Virus record (IMG/VR): IMGVR_UViG_3300033149_004116
Coordinates: 1-64,000 of that record
Direction: 5' to 3' (one strand)
DNA from: a virus
DNA length: 64,000 bases
Shown one piece after another: positions 9,332 to 21,011 of this stretch (position 1 is its first letter; every line of letters starts with the position of its first letter). Both the position numbers and the translations under genes were made by a program. A model generated the notes under the pieces. The model was not told the origin of the DNA and made no database searches. It saw nothing but the letters and a program-made list of their open reading frames with translations.

Positions 9332-10525
9332 TTACACCTCAACATACATTGGTTTATTCCCAATTTTTTTCAATCTATCCTCCGAAATTAACTCTTTTAA
9401 TTTACGATAGAATGTCGCCCGAGACATAATCTTGTATTCCTCTATTGTTCTTTCAAGCTCTGAAACCTTCCACTTATCTCTTCCAGATATTATCTCATAC
9501 AGCCTTTCCTTTAAATCTGAATTGATCAAGTTTCTATTTGCCGAAGTATATATTATTTCTCGCTTATTTATTATCGACTCCCAGAGAGTTATACTTTTAT
9601 CAATATCTACATCTTCCGCGCGAACCGTTAAACCTCCCCTCTCGTTCTTATTCTCTCTCCTTGAGACATTAAGACATACAACCGTATTAACCAAACGAAG
9701 GAGAGTTTCAAAATCGCGCGGAATCAATAAAACAGGTCTTTTCCCCCTCAAATTTTTGTTGTGCAGTTTGAATGTATCTCTCAGTCTATTTTTTTGTTTT
9801 TCCGCGAGAACTACTCTCTTTATTTTATCCATAATCCATTTAATATTCCTCAATTCGGATTTGATTCCTCCCAAATCAAAGTTTTTATCAGAAGAAAAAA
9901 ATGACATTTTATCTATTATTTTTTCATTTAGAGAAGTGTTGACTATTGTTGGAAGCATTATATCAAATCTTGATAAATCTCCCTCGCTCTGATTTATTTG
10001 AAGTCTCAAATTTTTACTGTTCAAGAACCAATCTCCCTTGGGATTTATCGCCACCATCATAACTGTCTTGGGCTTTATTGCTTTCACAAATCCCCATTTG
10101 GAGATTGTAATTGTATCATTATCTAGGAATTGTCTCAAGTATGGAATTTTGACTTTGGCATATTCGGGAATAAACATCGCTCCACTCTTACACATATCTA
10201 TTATTCCAGGTTGTATCCCATTTTTGGTCGCTATTCCCACAAAGCTCGCTTTTGTTGAATCGTCAATCCAAACATATTTTGGAGAAATTTCCGCCAATAA
10301 ATGTAAAGCAGAAGTTTTAGCCGATGATATGTCTCCACAAAAAATTGTGTGAATACTTGATCTCTTTTCGAGTCCATTAATTGGGATTTTCGGGGCATAA
10401 GCAGACATCAAACTACATATTAATAATTCCCAATTTTCTTCCCCAATCGTGATACTTCTATTCAATTTTTGAGTTATATTTTCAATAATCATTTTCTCAT
10501 TTTCCCCTCCACCCATTAAAAACAT
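9332..10525 (-). CDS. MCM-family AAA+ helicase-like protein lacking the N-terminal domain
   Basis: GDISSAKT Walker A, ITISKWG, AINP, LSRFD arginine finger, PRDFETLLRL sensor 2, C-terminal HTH. Confidence 0.75.
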   Translation of the reverse strand: MFLMGGGENEKMIIENITQKLNRSITIGEENWELLICSLMSAYAPKIPINGLEKRSSIHTIFCGDISSAKTSALHLLAEISPKYVWIDDSTKASFVGIATKNGIQPGIIDMCKSGAMFIPEYAKVKIPYLRQFLDNDTITISKWGFVKAIKPKTVMMVAINPKGDWFLNSKNLRLQINQSEGDLSRFDIMLPTIVNTSLNEKIIDKMSFFSSDKNFDLGGIKSELRNIKWIMDKIKRVVLAEKQKNRLRDTFKLHNKNLRGKRPVLLIPRDFETLLRLVNTVVCLNVSRRENKNERGGLTVRAEDVDIDKSITLWESIINKREIIYTSANRNLINSDLKERLYEIISGRDKWKVSELERTIEEYKIMSRATFYRKLKELISEDRLKKIGNKPMYVEV

Positions 10526-10760
10526 CAGAAATTAATATCGGCTTATTTAATATTCTTGCTTTATTTTTATGTCCCTCTATTTTTTCGGCGTTATTGGGGA
10601 ACTTCAATCTCAATATTATCTGTCTCCCTGTTTGTTTACTAAATCTCTCCGCCTCAGTTATTGCCTCCCATCCTCTAATGGGAGGATTTATTCTTCCATT
10701 CTTGAGATATTTTAAGAATTTAGATATTGATGTTACGTGATAAACAATCATTTTCTTCAC
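10497..10760 (-). CDS. Small protein, possible ADP-ribosyltransferase-like fold
   Basis: VYHVTS...NGRINPP N-terminal pattern. Confidence 0.35.
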   Translation of the reverse strand: MKKMIVYHVTSISKFLKYLKNGRINPPIRGWEAITEAERFSKQTGRQIILRLKFPNNAEKIEGHKNKARILNKPILISDVFNGWRGK

Positions 10761-12283
10761 CGTCCACTATTCACCTAGCCATCCTATTCTCCCACAATCT
10801 TCTAATTTCCCCCTCGTTATCGTATAACAGTTCCAACCCATGTAATCCTCTTCTTACAAGATCCAGAAATCCAAAGTCAATTTCATCATTATGATAGTAT
10901 TTTTGAATTTCTTCCTCGACTCTCTCAATTATTCTTTTTATATCTCTCTTTAAGAGGAACATATGATCTGTTTTCCAATATAAATCGCTTCCAAACTTGA
11001 ATTGTAGATGATCGTATTCCTCCCATTTCTCTATTATTTCCTTAAGGTCTTCTGGTATGTTATTGAAGAGTTTAATTACTCTATCCATATATTTTTCAAA
11101 ATCTCTCTCTAACAAACTAGGATGCCCCATTACACTCAGAAAAAAGATTCCATATAATTCACTACATTCTTTTTTTGAACCAATTCATCATTATTCCCTT
11201 CGAACAAACATCTATCCGACTCTGTGATCTTCTGCCAAGTTTCCTCTAAATTCGTATAAGGAACTCTCTCTGAGATATTCGAACATTTCGATGCCATCAA
11301 GTTCTGATCAATACAGAAACTACAAATTCCCTGTCTGCAATTTTTACCTTTAACATACTTCATTAAGAAGCAAGCATCTAACCAATATCGTATACCAATC
11401 TTGGCTAGAATAATTTACAGTCATAGTATCGAAAGCGACTGTTATGTAATCAGAACAATTATGTTGCATAGAAAATTTCCACATTACCCCAATAACTATT
11501 TTGGAAACATTTCCGATATCAACTTTTCTCTTCTTTACAAGGTCATAAAAATACTTATATCCTGTCAAACCTATCGGTAAAGATTTAGCATTGGGATAGT
11601 ATTTCTCAATTAATTCTTCAGCATCCTTATCGAAATACAACCCTTCTACTTTATGTTTTCGTGCATATTCTCCCTGCGCTTTTTTCCTACCCTGTTCTTC
11701 CCAATCCGAATACGAATCACTGACGTAAATTACATCATCTTCTATATTATTTACTCGGATAGACAATACCCCATACACCAATGAAGATTCTAAAACCTTT
11801 AGAACATCATCCAACATCTTTTGTCTATTTTGATAATCCACGATATGTGGATCGGCTGTGCAATCTACCGTTTCATATAAAATTTTAACCATCATATCTC
11901 CTCCTAATTGATAATGTTTCTTCGAGATATCGAGCAATTTTTTCAATCACTTCCTTCTCATCATATAACGCCCACCAATCTACACAAGCATTATCATTAT
12001 ATTCGCTTACCCCCGCGAGTTGATAATCCAATTCCGAATCATAGAATATTTCCAGAATTTTCTTTGCTATCTTTATGTATATATCTTGCGAGTCTTTCGT
12101 TTCAATCGATTCTTTATCTAGTTCGCCCTTCCAACAGACATAAGAGAACTCTTCGCTCTCCCTTCCCTCATATTTCTGATAAAAACTGCAATTCTTGCAA
12201 TCTCCCTCAGCATCAAAATTGGCGCAAGTTCCAACGCTCCCATCTTTGTCTATAAAACAGACAATCCTCATTATGACCTCTCC

Positions 12284-13258
12284 TTACCCTCCTTGATTTC
12301 CCCTCAAAAACGATTTAACGACAGGCTTTATAAATCTTCCCCTCTCTGAGATTCTTTCATATTCAACTTTTAATTTTATTGGCGGATATGTTGTAGTATA
12401 ATTATCATCTAAATCTAAATTAATCTTGGGAGTTATGTATTTTTTAAGTATAAGTTTAAGCCATTCTAAATCTTTATGCGAGAATCCCGATCCGACTTTG
12501 CCACGATATTCCCCATTTTTCGCTACCAACAAAGCCCCGAATAGTCCCGCGCGTCTTCCCTTCCCCTCCGTGAAACCTATTATATCAACAATATCTTCGT
12601 GTTTCAACTTAACCTTAAGCCAATCATAATTTCGATCATCTTCAGAATATTTTGAGTTTATTTCTTTCAGAACTATCCCCTCCCAATCATTATTTATTAC
12701 TTTTTCCCACATTTGATTTAAATCTTGATTGTGAGGAACATATTTAACATACTTCCATCCTGATTTTTCTATCAGCTTTTGTAACAACTCTTTTCTTTTG
12801 ATATAAGGCAAATTCTCTGTTGATTTATCATTCAAATAAAGTAAATCAAATGCCATAAAACAGATTGGAAGTTCTCGTTTGAGCTTTGTTATTTTTCTAA
12901 GTTCTTGAGTCGAACACCTTCGCTGTGAACTTGTAAAGCAATCTTTACCATTCCTAAAAACTACGGCTTCCCCATCCATCGCGAATCCCCCAATATTTTT
13001 TGTTTCGTGAAGTTCCAAGAGTCTTTTTGTATAATCTTTTTGGTGTCTATTGTAAATTTTAAATTCTCCGTTTCGTGTATCAATTAATACTCTCGTTCCA
13101 TTATATTTTCTTTCAGCCACATATCTATTCTCGAACTTAAACAAATCTTGAGGATATGTCTCTTCGCAGAGCATCGGAGATATCATTTTGATTCTCTCTC
13201 CAGTTTTGAGTGTCATTTTAAAATATCTACTAGGTTCTATTATACTCATTTCTATCAT
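12284..13258 (-). CDS. ATP-dependent DNA ligase (minimal, LigC/LigD ligase-domain type)
   Basis: ERKYNGTR, DGEAV, AFDLL, EGIVLK, WLKVK, GKVGSGF motifs. Confidence 0.9.
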   Translation of the reverse strand: MIEMSIIEPSRYFKMTLKTGERIKMISPMLCEETYPQDLFKFENRYVAERKYNGTRVLIDTRNGEFKIYNRHQKDYTKRLLELHETKNIGGFAMDGEAVVFRNGKDCFTSSQRRCSTQELRKITKLKRELPICFMAFDLLYLNDKSTENLPYIKRKELLQKLIEKSGWKYVKYVPHNQDLNQMWEKVINNDWEGIVLKEINSKYSEDDRNYDWLKVKLKHEDIVDIIGFTEGKGRRAGLFGALLVAKNGEYRGKVGSGFSHKDLEWLKLILKKYITPKINLDLDDNYTTTYPPIKLKVEYERISERGRFIKPVVKSFLRGNQGG

Positions 13259-13902
13259 TCCAATTTAAAATCATCCATTCCATAATTAAAAGCGTTCTGA
13301 CATATTTTTGTAGCATCAATCCAATGCTGTATTTCCCCGTCGCTTGATATAATTATCTTATCTTTGAGATAGTGTTTTGCTATCACCAAGAAGACTTGAA
13401 CTGCAAGATCATACGGTTTAAAATTCGTTTTACAGCAATCAAAATATTTTCCCACCAATTCAGGTTCATTATACGCGATAGTCCCATCGACTTTTCTGTA
13501 ATTAATTTTTCCTATTTTATGAGCATACTTCTCGGACAAAATTCGGGGGAAATTAAAAGTTTCATAACTACAATCACCATCGCACGTTCTTTGATTTAAC
13601 ACCACTCCAGCAAACCAATTATCACATATTGTTCCTTCAGAACTTGGAGCAGTTCCAAACTTCACGTTCTTTGATGGCCACGCCAATCCTATATGTTTAT
13701 TCTTTTGATGCCCACAGTTTCTTCGACCATTAAACCATACAGTATTTTCATTTATTTCTGGTTCATTCTCTCCAAATCCATCTGCAAGAGGAATATCCAA
13801 AACTTTAAAGAGAGGCAATAATTTTTTAAAGTCCGCCACTATTTTATTAAATATTATTGGGTCAATTTCTCTCTCCCTGTACCAATAATGCGAAAATCCC
13901 AC
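13255..13902 (-). CDS. Conserved viral hypothetical protein (MG[FY][ST]HYW...CKTxxKPYD...SSDG type)
   Basis: Recognisable motif set. GGTGA RBS precedes GTG at 13902. Confidence 0.6.
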   Translation of the reverse strand: MGFSHYWYREREIDPIIFNKIVADFKKLLPLFKVLDIPLADGFGENEPEINENTVWFNGRRNCGHQKNKHIGLAWPSKNVKFGTAPSSEGTICDNWFAGVVLNQRTCDGDCSYETFNFPRILSEKYAHKIGKINYRKVDGTIAYNEPELVGKYFDCCKTNFKPYDLAVQVFLVIAKHYLKDKIIISSDGEIQHWIDATKICQNAFNYGMDDFKLE

Positions 13903-14401
13903 GCCGATCACCACTCACAGGTCTATGAGATAAGTATAACCCATATCACTCACTTACTTCAAGTTTCCAATACATATTTATTGTATCCTTAACTGTGAAT
14001 CCTTTTGCTATCATATATATGATACTTCCGATTTCGTTTATAATATCTGTTTTTGTTCCACAAACGGTTAATTTGTATTGTTTTTCTTTCAACTTACGTT
14101 CCTCCTTTGGGAGAAAACTTCGAGCAACTATTTCCGTGCGTTACCCATATTTCCACTATTTTTGGATATTTTTTCTTCAATCTTTTTATAGTATCACACT
14201 CATAAAACATACAGTTTTCACATCGAATAAAATGTTTATGTTCCCCCAGCTCTATCTCCAACAAGGAGGAAACTATCCATCCCTCCTTATCCATGCCTGC
14301 AAGTTTAACAAGCGGTTCTACCTCTGGATATATTTTATTAATTTCTCTAATTATTTTCTCCTTTATCATGCATTTTATATCCATATTTTCATCACTCATT
14401 T

Positions 14402-14728
14402 TTACTTCCTCAATATTTCTATAGCTTCTGGAGCATTTAATATCATTCTTTTCAACTCTTCTTGGGGAACTTCATAATCCAACATTCTTTGCCCAAATCC
14501 ACAAACTATTTCACAACCACATTTAGGACAACGATAACGATCCCCGCGCACTATAAAATCAATATTTGAAGTATCTATATCCATCATCCTATCCACGTTT
14601 ATGATATTTATTCCGTTTTTCACTTCAGATATTGGTTCCTCATCTGGTCTTTCATAGGGATGGTACACAACCACCCCATTTCTCTCACATCTCATCTCCC
14701 GCCCACATCGAATACACACGGGTCGCAT
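14402..14728 (-). CDS. Zinc-ribbon protein
   Basis: CIRCG...CPKCG. Confidence 0.55.
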   Translation of the reverse strand: MRPVCIRCGREMRCERNGVVVYHPYERPDEEPISEVKNGINIINVDRMMDIDTSNIDFIVRGDRYRCPKCGCEIVCGFGQRMLDYEVPQEELKRMILNAPEAIEILRK

Positions 14729-15168
14729 TTTAATTTCTCCTCCTTTTTAATCTTTCCCATAAAATCGTCTAATCCATCCATTTCGTAAAGCTCGAAGATC
14801 AAGATACATTTTTATTTTTTGTTTCCTCCCCCATTTGGAGTAGCAAGCCACTTATTAACATCATCTAAGGACAAAAGAAGACCTCTTCTTATTCCCTCAA
14901 CTGTGCGCCATTCGTCTTTAGAGCCAGATTTAATATTAAAATCATTTAGTATTGAACACCACATAGAATTTATTCTCCTTTTAACTTCTATTGCAATTCT
15001 ATCCTCATATGGAGCTATTTGCATTTTATCCCCCCTCAATATATTTAACTCGCGTTCCGCATAATGCACAAATGTAACACCATCCTTTATCTTTATACCA
15101 CCAAGGTCCATCCATATATCTCCCACATTCTGGGCATTTAATTTTTTCCGTTCCTCCCCACACAAAAT

Positions 15169-15822
15169 CTACCCCCCAATTCCCAGAACTTTTGTTATGC
15201 TTGGAAGTGTTTTGATTGTTATTGCCTTTTCCTCCTCCTCTTTTATCTCCATAACGTTTTGATACTGTATTCTGCCCCTTGTAGTTATCAATCTCCACAA
15301 TACTCCATTTCCTATTTTCAGAGGCTGAAGTATTGCAAAATATTCTTTGTATCCTTTTCTCCAAGTAAACCCATCAACAAAATAACACACATCCTTCTCG
15401 AAGCACTTTTCAGCCTCCTCAATAAGTTCTCTGATAACCTCATCATCGTTACTGAAAACCTCATATATACCTTCGGGGAGCATTAATTGAACATAATTTG
15501 CAGGGAACATATTGTCTTGATTAAATAAAACAATCTTTGTTTTAGTTTTAGGCTTGACCAATATTTCTGATCCGTCTTCTTGGACAAGATAATCTCTCAC
15601 ATTTTTTGGAGCAATTTTATTCCCCTCAACGTCCACAGTTACCCAACGAAACTTATCAAATATCTGTCCAAAATTGGTTTCTCTCTTCTTAAATACTTCC
15701 CTTCCCTTCTCGTCTCTTTTAATTATTGTAGGTTCGTTCACCTCTACTTTTATCTTTTTTACCGATACCCCTACAACTTTTCCATTACTTAGTTGAATTG
15801 AAAGAGTTGTCATTTTTACCAC
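15169..15822 (-). CDS. Divergent Ku-like DNA end-binding protein
   Basis: Blocks follow prokaryotic Ku order: VGVSVK, EGNKIAPKNVRDY, PEGIYEV, FTWRKGYKEYFAILQP. Confidence 0.5.
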   Translation of the reverse strand: MVKMTTLSIQLSNGKVVGVSVKKIKVEVNEPTIIKRDEKGREVFKKRETNFGQIFDKFRWVTVDVEGNKIAPKNVRDYLVQEDGSEILVKPKTKTKIVLFNQDNMFPANYVQLMLPEGIYEVFSNDDEVIRELIEEAEKCFEKDVCYFVDGFTWRKGYKEYFAILQPLKIGNGVLWRLITTRGRIQYQNVMEIKEEEEKAITIKTLPSITKVLGIGG

Positions 15823-18800
15823 TCCCTCGCGTCTTTATAAGCATAAGATAATAATAGACTTCCTGATATTATCGGCACTATTCCTATTATTCCGCCCGAT
15901 CTTGAAAAAATGATAACTACGGCTCCCCCCAAGATTGTCATAATTCCAAATATAAATGAGAGCTTCATACGAAGCCATTTTAAAAACTTTATAGTTTTCA
16001 TCCAATTTCCTCCTCCTCTATGGATTTAGATTTTTCCCCGTTCTACTAATTCCAATTTTTTCTTTTGTGCATTTTTCACATACATAAACGGGCTTTGATC
16101 TAAAATTGGAAGCATAAGGACGATTTACTATTATAAGTTTAACTTCTGTATGAAACGGAGGTAGTCGTGAGCCTACCCCAGACTCTACTATCTGTTTACC
16201 ACATATCCAACATAACTTCATTTTTCTTTATTCCCTCCAAGTCTCTTTTAACAAAAGACAGGCAAGACATTTACATTTTGGATATTCTAAGCCTTTTTGA
16301 TGTCTTGGATAAAGAGAGCCTCGCGGAACTTTAAATCTTTTCAAGTTTCTGATCTGAGAAATTGTTAAAGTCCTCCCGTTTGTTTCCATCTTATTCTGCA
16401 CTATTTGTAAGTTTTCTTGAAAACTACGTCTAAATGATACGCCCAACTTGCTCATCCAACTTCCCCCTCGTTTCTTTTCTCTCCCCTCTTTATAAACATT
16501 TTCGTGTTTCCTTCAATTAAATCAAAATCGACTACCTCAATCTGCCATATTTTTTGGACAACTGTCTTAAATCTTTTCCATGTAGCAACATTAAAATATC
16601 GGAAAAACTCACTTTTATTCTATATTTTCTTCCCCCTCTTGTTTTTGTTTCAATACTATACTGTATTCTACCATCCTTTAAAATTTCAGCTTTCGCCTTT
16701 TTATCTCTAGCAACAGAACTTTTAGCAATCATTTTATTAATTTCGTCAATTTTTTCCTGTTTTTTATTGTTTATCATACTATCAATACCTTCTAACTTCC
16801 TGAATAGCTCTATATAATTCTCTCTGAGATATTTTTCTCTCTATTACTCTCGCCCTTCTAAAGATTCTTTTCCGCAAGTATCTTCTCCACGTTTCAGCAC
16901 TCATTTTCGTTCACTTTCAAATTTGTTATTGAACCATACTCGCCCATCATATTCCTCAATAATGCCCGATTTGTTATGTCCACACTCACAAGTTCCTCTC
17001 ATCATCACCATATTAGAACGTTCTATTTTATTCAAATTCTCCATCCATTGTTTATAACTATCCTCATTATGAATATGATGTTGCCCTTTATACATACCTA
17101 TATAATTTTGAATATGATAAAGTCCGTCGGAGTTTTTCCACACATAAAATTTCGGTGTAATATTCATCATCGTTTTTGCCTCCCTAAAAATTCTTTTACA
17201 GCCTCTATAATTTCCTCTACTGTATCATCTTCATCTATCATATAGAATTCTGTGATGTCTTTATTTGGATATAATCTTCCGCTTATTTCCCAATCAGCAG
17301 AATATATTATATCCGCTATCAACTCTTTTAATTCCTCTTTATTCATTATTTGTTCTCCTCCTTTCCTCCTCACATAAATAAGCAAGCGGACATATTTTGC
17401 AATTATTTTGAACTATATTATATGTACCAAAACAATCCAAATCCGCCCAAAGATTATTTATATTTTCCATCCATCCCTCATCTCTCGCTCTTTTTAACGT
17501 CTTTCTAAGATGATTTAATACTTCTCTAAATTCTCTTCCTACTTCATTTATTTTCTCCCCCCTCATCTCAATACCTCCTACTTTTTTGTTGTCCAAGAGT
17601 AAGAGTCCTCTCCCCCTGCACCATTCATCTAATCTTTCTCCTTTGAATTTCGTTTTGTATTCCCACAATTACTACTTGAATTCCTACAATCCCCAACATA
17701 ACGAGGAATATATTAATACTATTCGTCTCATATCACCCCCGCTATTTTCATAATGTTTTCTTGTCCATATTTATAACCTACTACATATCCCCGAACATAA
17801 GCCCTTTCCTCCGCCTCTTTAATTAGTTCATTAAAACAATCCTCACAATAAGCTATTTCACCAGAATCTTCAGAATCTATGATTCTATCGCATGAAATAC
17901 ATCTAGGATTGCACATTTTTATTCCTCCTTTATCCTTTTTCCCTTTTTTATTTGATAGATTAAATCTGCAAAAAGAATATCCGTATCGTATCCTTCATTA
18001 TCCTTTTTGGAGTAACCAAATTTTTCTAGTTCTCTCTCTATCCAACTTCGGTCTTCTCTATGTCTGTATATTTCTGCAAGTTCTAATTGTTCTTCGCGAA
18101 ATTTCTCGGCTTCCTTTCGACTATTAAATCTGGGCAATTCTCCCTCCACTATTCTATTTCTGCCATTTTCCGTTTTTGGATATATTATATAGATTGGTCT
18201 TTTCCTCTTATATTTCCACTTGCCTTTAAAGTAGAACTTTTCCTCGCATATTTCATAATCGGCGGGAATTTCTCCATCCCAGAAAGTTAGTAATTCCATT
18301 ATTTATTCCCCCTCTTTTTCATCCAATTGCTTTAGATTCAAAGTCATCTAAAAATCAAGCCTTCTTTTTATCTTAGCCAATTGTTTTAATTCTTTAATCC
18401 TTCTCTTAGTTTCTTTGCTTGTATGTCGTTCCCTTCTATATACTTCTCCTGACTTTACTGTTTTCATCATATCTTCTATGAAGCATCTCGACAATCTTCT
18501 ATTTGTTTCCTCAAGCTTTTTGAGGATTATACGATTCTCTAGTGTTAATCTCTCCGCGAGCGTTTGCATCACTATTTCCCCCTCATTTTGGAGTCCCATA
18601 AAACTCTTGATAGTTCCTCTATAGCGTGTAGTATGTTTTCAAGAATCATAACTTTGGCTAATTCGTATTCTCCATCGTTTATTGCCTCTCCAATTAAATC
18701 TTCATGCCACTTCATTTTAATTTACCTCCACATCTAAATCATTCCATATAGAGCCATAAATCTCTTCCCCCTCTTCTAACATTACCATAATCCAATATTC

Positions 18801-20582
18801 CCCTCCTATTTCAGTTAGATATACACTTATGAATTCATCGTCATATTTTTCTATCGAAGGGAATTTTTCAGCTATTGCTTTTATCTCGTCCCACAAAACG
18901 TCTCCCTCTGTCTTCCAATTTAATGCTTCATTCTCTCCCATACTATTTCACCCCATTATGAAAACGAGTCCTTCGTCCCATATACCATCTTCAGAAGAAA
19001 TCATTAGAATTCTCCAATTGTTACGGAGTGCCTGCTGGATATCACTTTTCCAACTCTGTTCTCCGCTTGAGTCGAACCATTCAAAATCTTCGGGAAGTTT
19101 TTGGAAGTATTGAGTTTTATCAGTTACTCTTATCCTTTCATTTTTCTTATATCCACTGAGAATATTATAAGGATCAAACAATCCTTCTATTTCTCGTATT
19201 TCCTCCACTCTCATCTATTTCCCTCCCAAAATTTCTTCTATGCACTTCCTTAAAGGCGGAACGTTCTTTAAGCATTTTACTTTCATCCAATCCAAGACGT
19301 ATTTCTTTGCTTCAACTAGGTTTGGACAGTTTCTACAATAGACGGAGACTCGATACTCTCCGACCAATATTTCTTCTATTTCTTTTTGTGTTTCCATTTT
19401 CTTCTCCCTCAAACATCCTTTAATAAATCAGCAAGAATTGAAGAACTTATTTGTCCATCAGAACTTAAGTGACATTTAAGGCTGTTGTGGTAATCTTCAA
19501 GATGTCTATACGTCACTATTCTCTCCCTCCAACTTTTCCACATCAGAAAAAAGTCGAGGATGTGAACTCCCTAATGAAACTACAACTTGTTCAGTTGTGG
19601 TTCTTCCCATCATTTTTCACACCTATGGTTTTTCACCATATCGGATGTGGAAGGGTTTCCTCCACATCTTTCGATTGGTTTCTTCTCCCATTCATACAAC
19701 TCTTTTTCCTCCTCCCACCAAGGATTATTTTGTTCCCATTTTTCTTCTCTATAATTCCAAATCTCTGTTTTCTCTATTATTAATATTAATTCTCCGCCCA
19801 TATCTAATTCATCATCCAATTTATTTACAGCATCTGAAATATCTTTTGCTTCTACTATATCCTCTATATTACCATCTAACCATCTTGTAGTTATTTTATA
19901 TCTTCTCATTATTTTCTCATCTCTACTTTTATTTTGTATTCTTTCTCTTTCATCTTTTATTTCCTCCAAATTTTATTAAAGCTCTATATCTCATTTTAAT
20001 TTTGTTTCCATATTTATCTTTTGCCCAAGACTTAACTAATATCATTTTGTGAATCTTCCACATATCTATAATTTTGATGTCCTCTATTCCACTATCATCT
20101 ATTCCTATCGTTATGAGATATCTATTATTCACTATTTTTTGTTCAATTTTATAATCGACGCGTTGCATTTTCCCCATTTACCCTTCCCCCTCCGAGAATT
20201 TAAGCATTTTCGTTTTTGTGTCATCACATACTAAATCAAACGTAATATATTTTTTATATCCTGGTTGAGCATACACCCCATAAACGCGATTTTCTCTCTC
20301 ATATTCCCAAAAGAAAATTACTTTTGCTTTAAACCCTATTTCCTGTATTTTTCTTCTCAACTTCATCGCTTCAGAAAAGTTCTCCGTTATTAATTCGAGT
20401 TGATACCTTCTCCTAATTAAGGGTATTTTTATAGGATAAAAAGAATAATTAACCTCATAACAATCTGGATTCCTTTTAATCTCCCATATTTCATCTAAGT
20501 TTATCTTTGGTTTAATATTAGCTGTAGATTGTTCTCTTCTCCTTCCTATAACTTCAGGATCAATCCGTCTCTGTTTTCTCAA
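15816..20582 (-). other. Dense array of small hypothetical genes (putative early/host-takeover region)
   Basis: More than 15 abutting 60-135 aa ORFs with GGAGG/GGTGA RBS, many Cys-rich. Confidence 0.6.
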
Positions 20583-20645
20583 ATTCTTTACCTCCCCATT
20601 TTGTTAAAGTCCGCTACAGTTTCAATAAAATCTAAAGCGACCATA

Positions 20646-21011
20646 TTATATCATTTCCTTTAAAATCTTTTTAATTACTTTATATAATTCCTCAACATTC
20701 TCAACTTCTTTATTGAAAAATAATATATAAACGGTATCCCCCTTATATTTTAATTGTTTGTGTTTGGTTAAGAGATTTTTAAATTTTTGAGAATCATATT
20801 TTGCATATATCTTTCTATAAAATTCTACTGATAATTCTCTTGATATAGTTTCCGTTAACCATTTATATCTATATTTCCAAATTTCTATTGATATTTTTTC
20901 TCTCTCTATTATATATCTAGTTCTATCATATTTATGCCCCGCAGTTCTTATTATCTTGATATCATTTGTATCACAAATTTTTTGTAAAGTTCTTTTATTT
21001 ATTCGTCGCAT
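20646..21011 (-). CDS. Hypothetical basic protein, paralog of 23107..23541
   Basis: RTAGHKYDRTRY / RTTGWKYSETRY and IWKYRYK / IGKYKYK. Confidence 0.55.
   Translation of the reverse strand: MRRINKRTLQKICDTNDIKIIRTAGHKYDRTRYIIEREKISIEIWKYRYKWLTETISRELSVEFYRKIYAKYDSQKFKNLLTKHKQLKYKGDTVYILFFNKEVENVEELYKVIKKILKEMI

Noticed and set aside
13890-13950. In-frame MGYT-YLIDL*-VVIGVGFS-HYW upstream of 13255..13902 looked like a second intron, since removing 42 nt gives MGYTHYW.
   Set aside because: No register gives a convincing BHB. The downstream GTG has its own GGTGA RBS and yields a natural MGFSHYW start, so this is more likely a duplicated start remnant.
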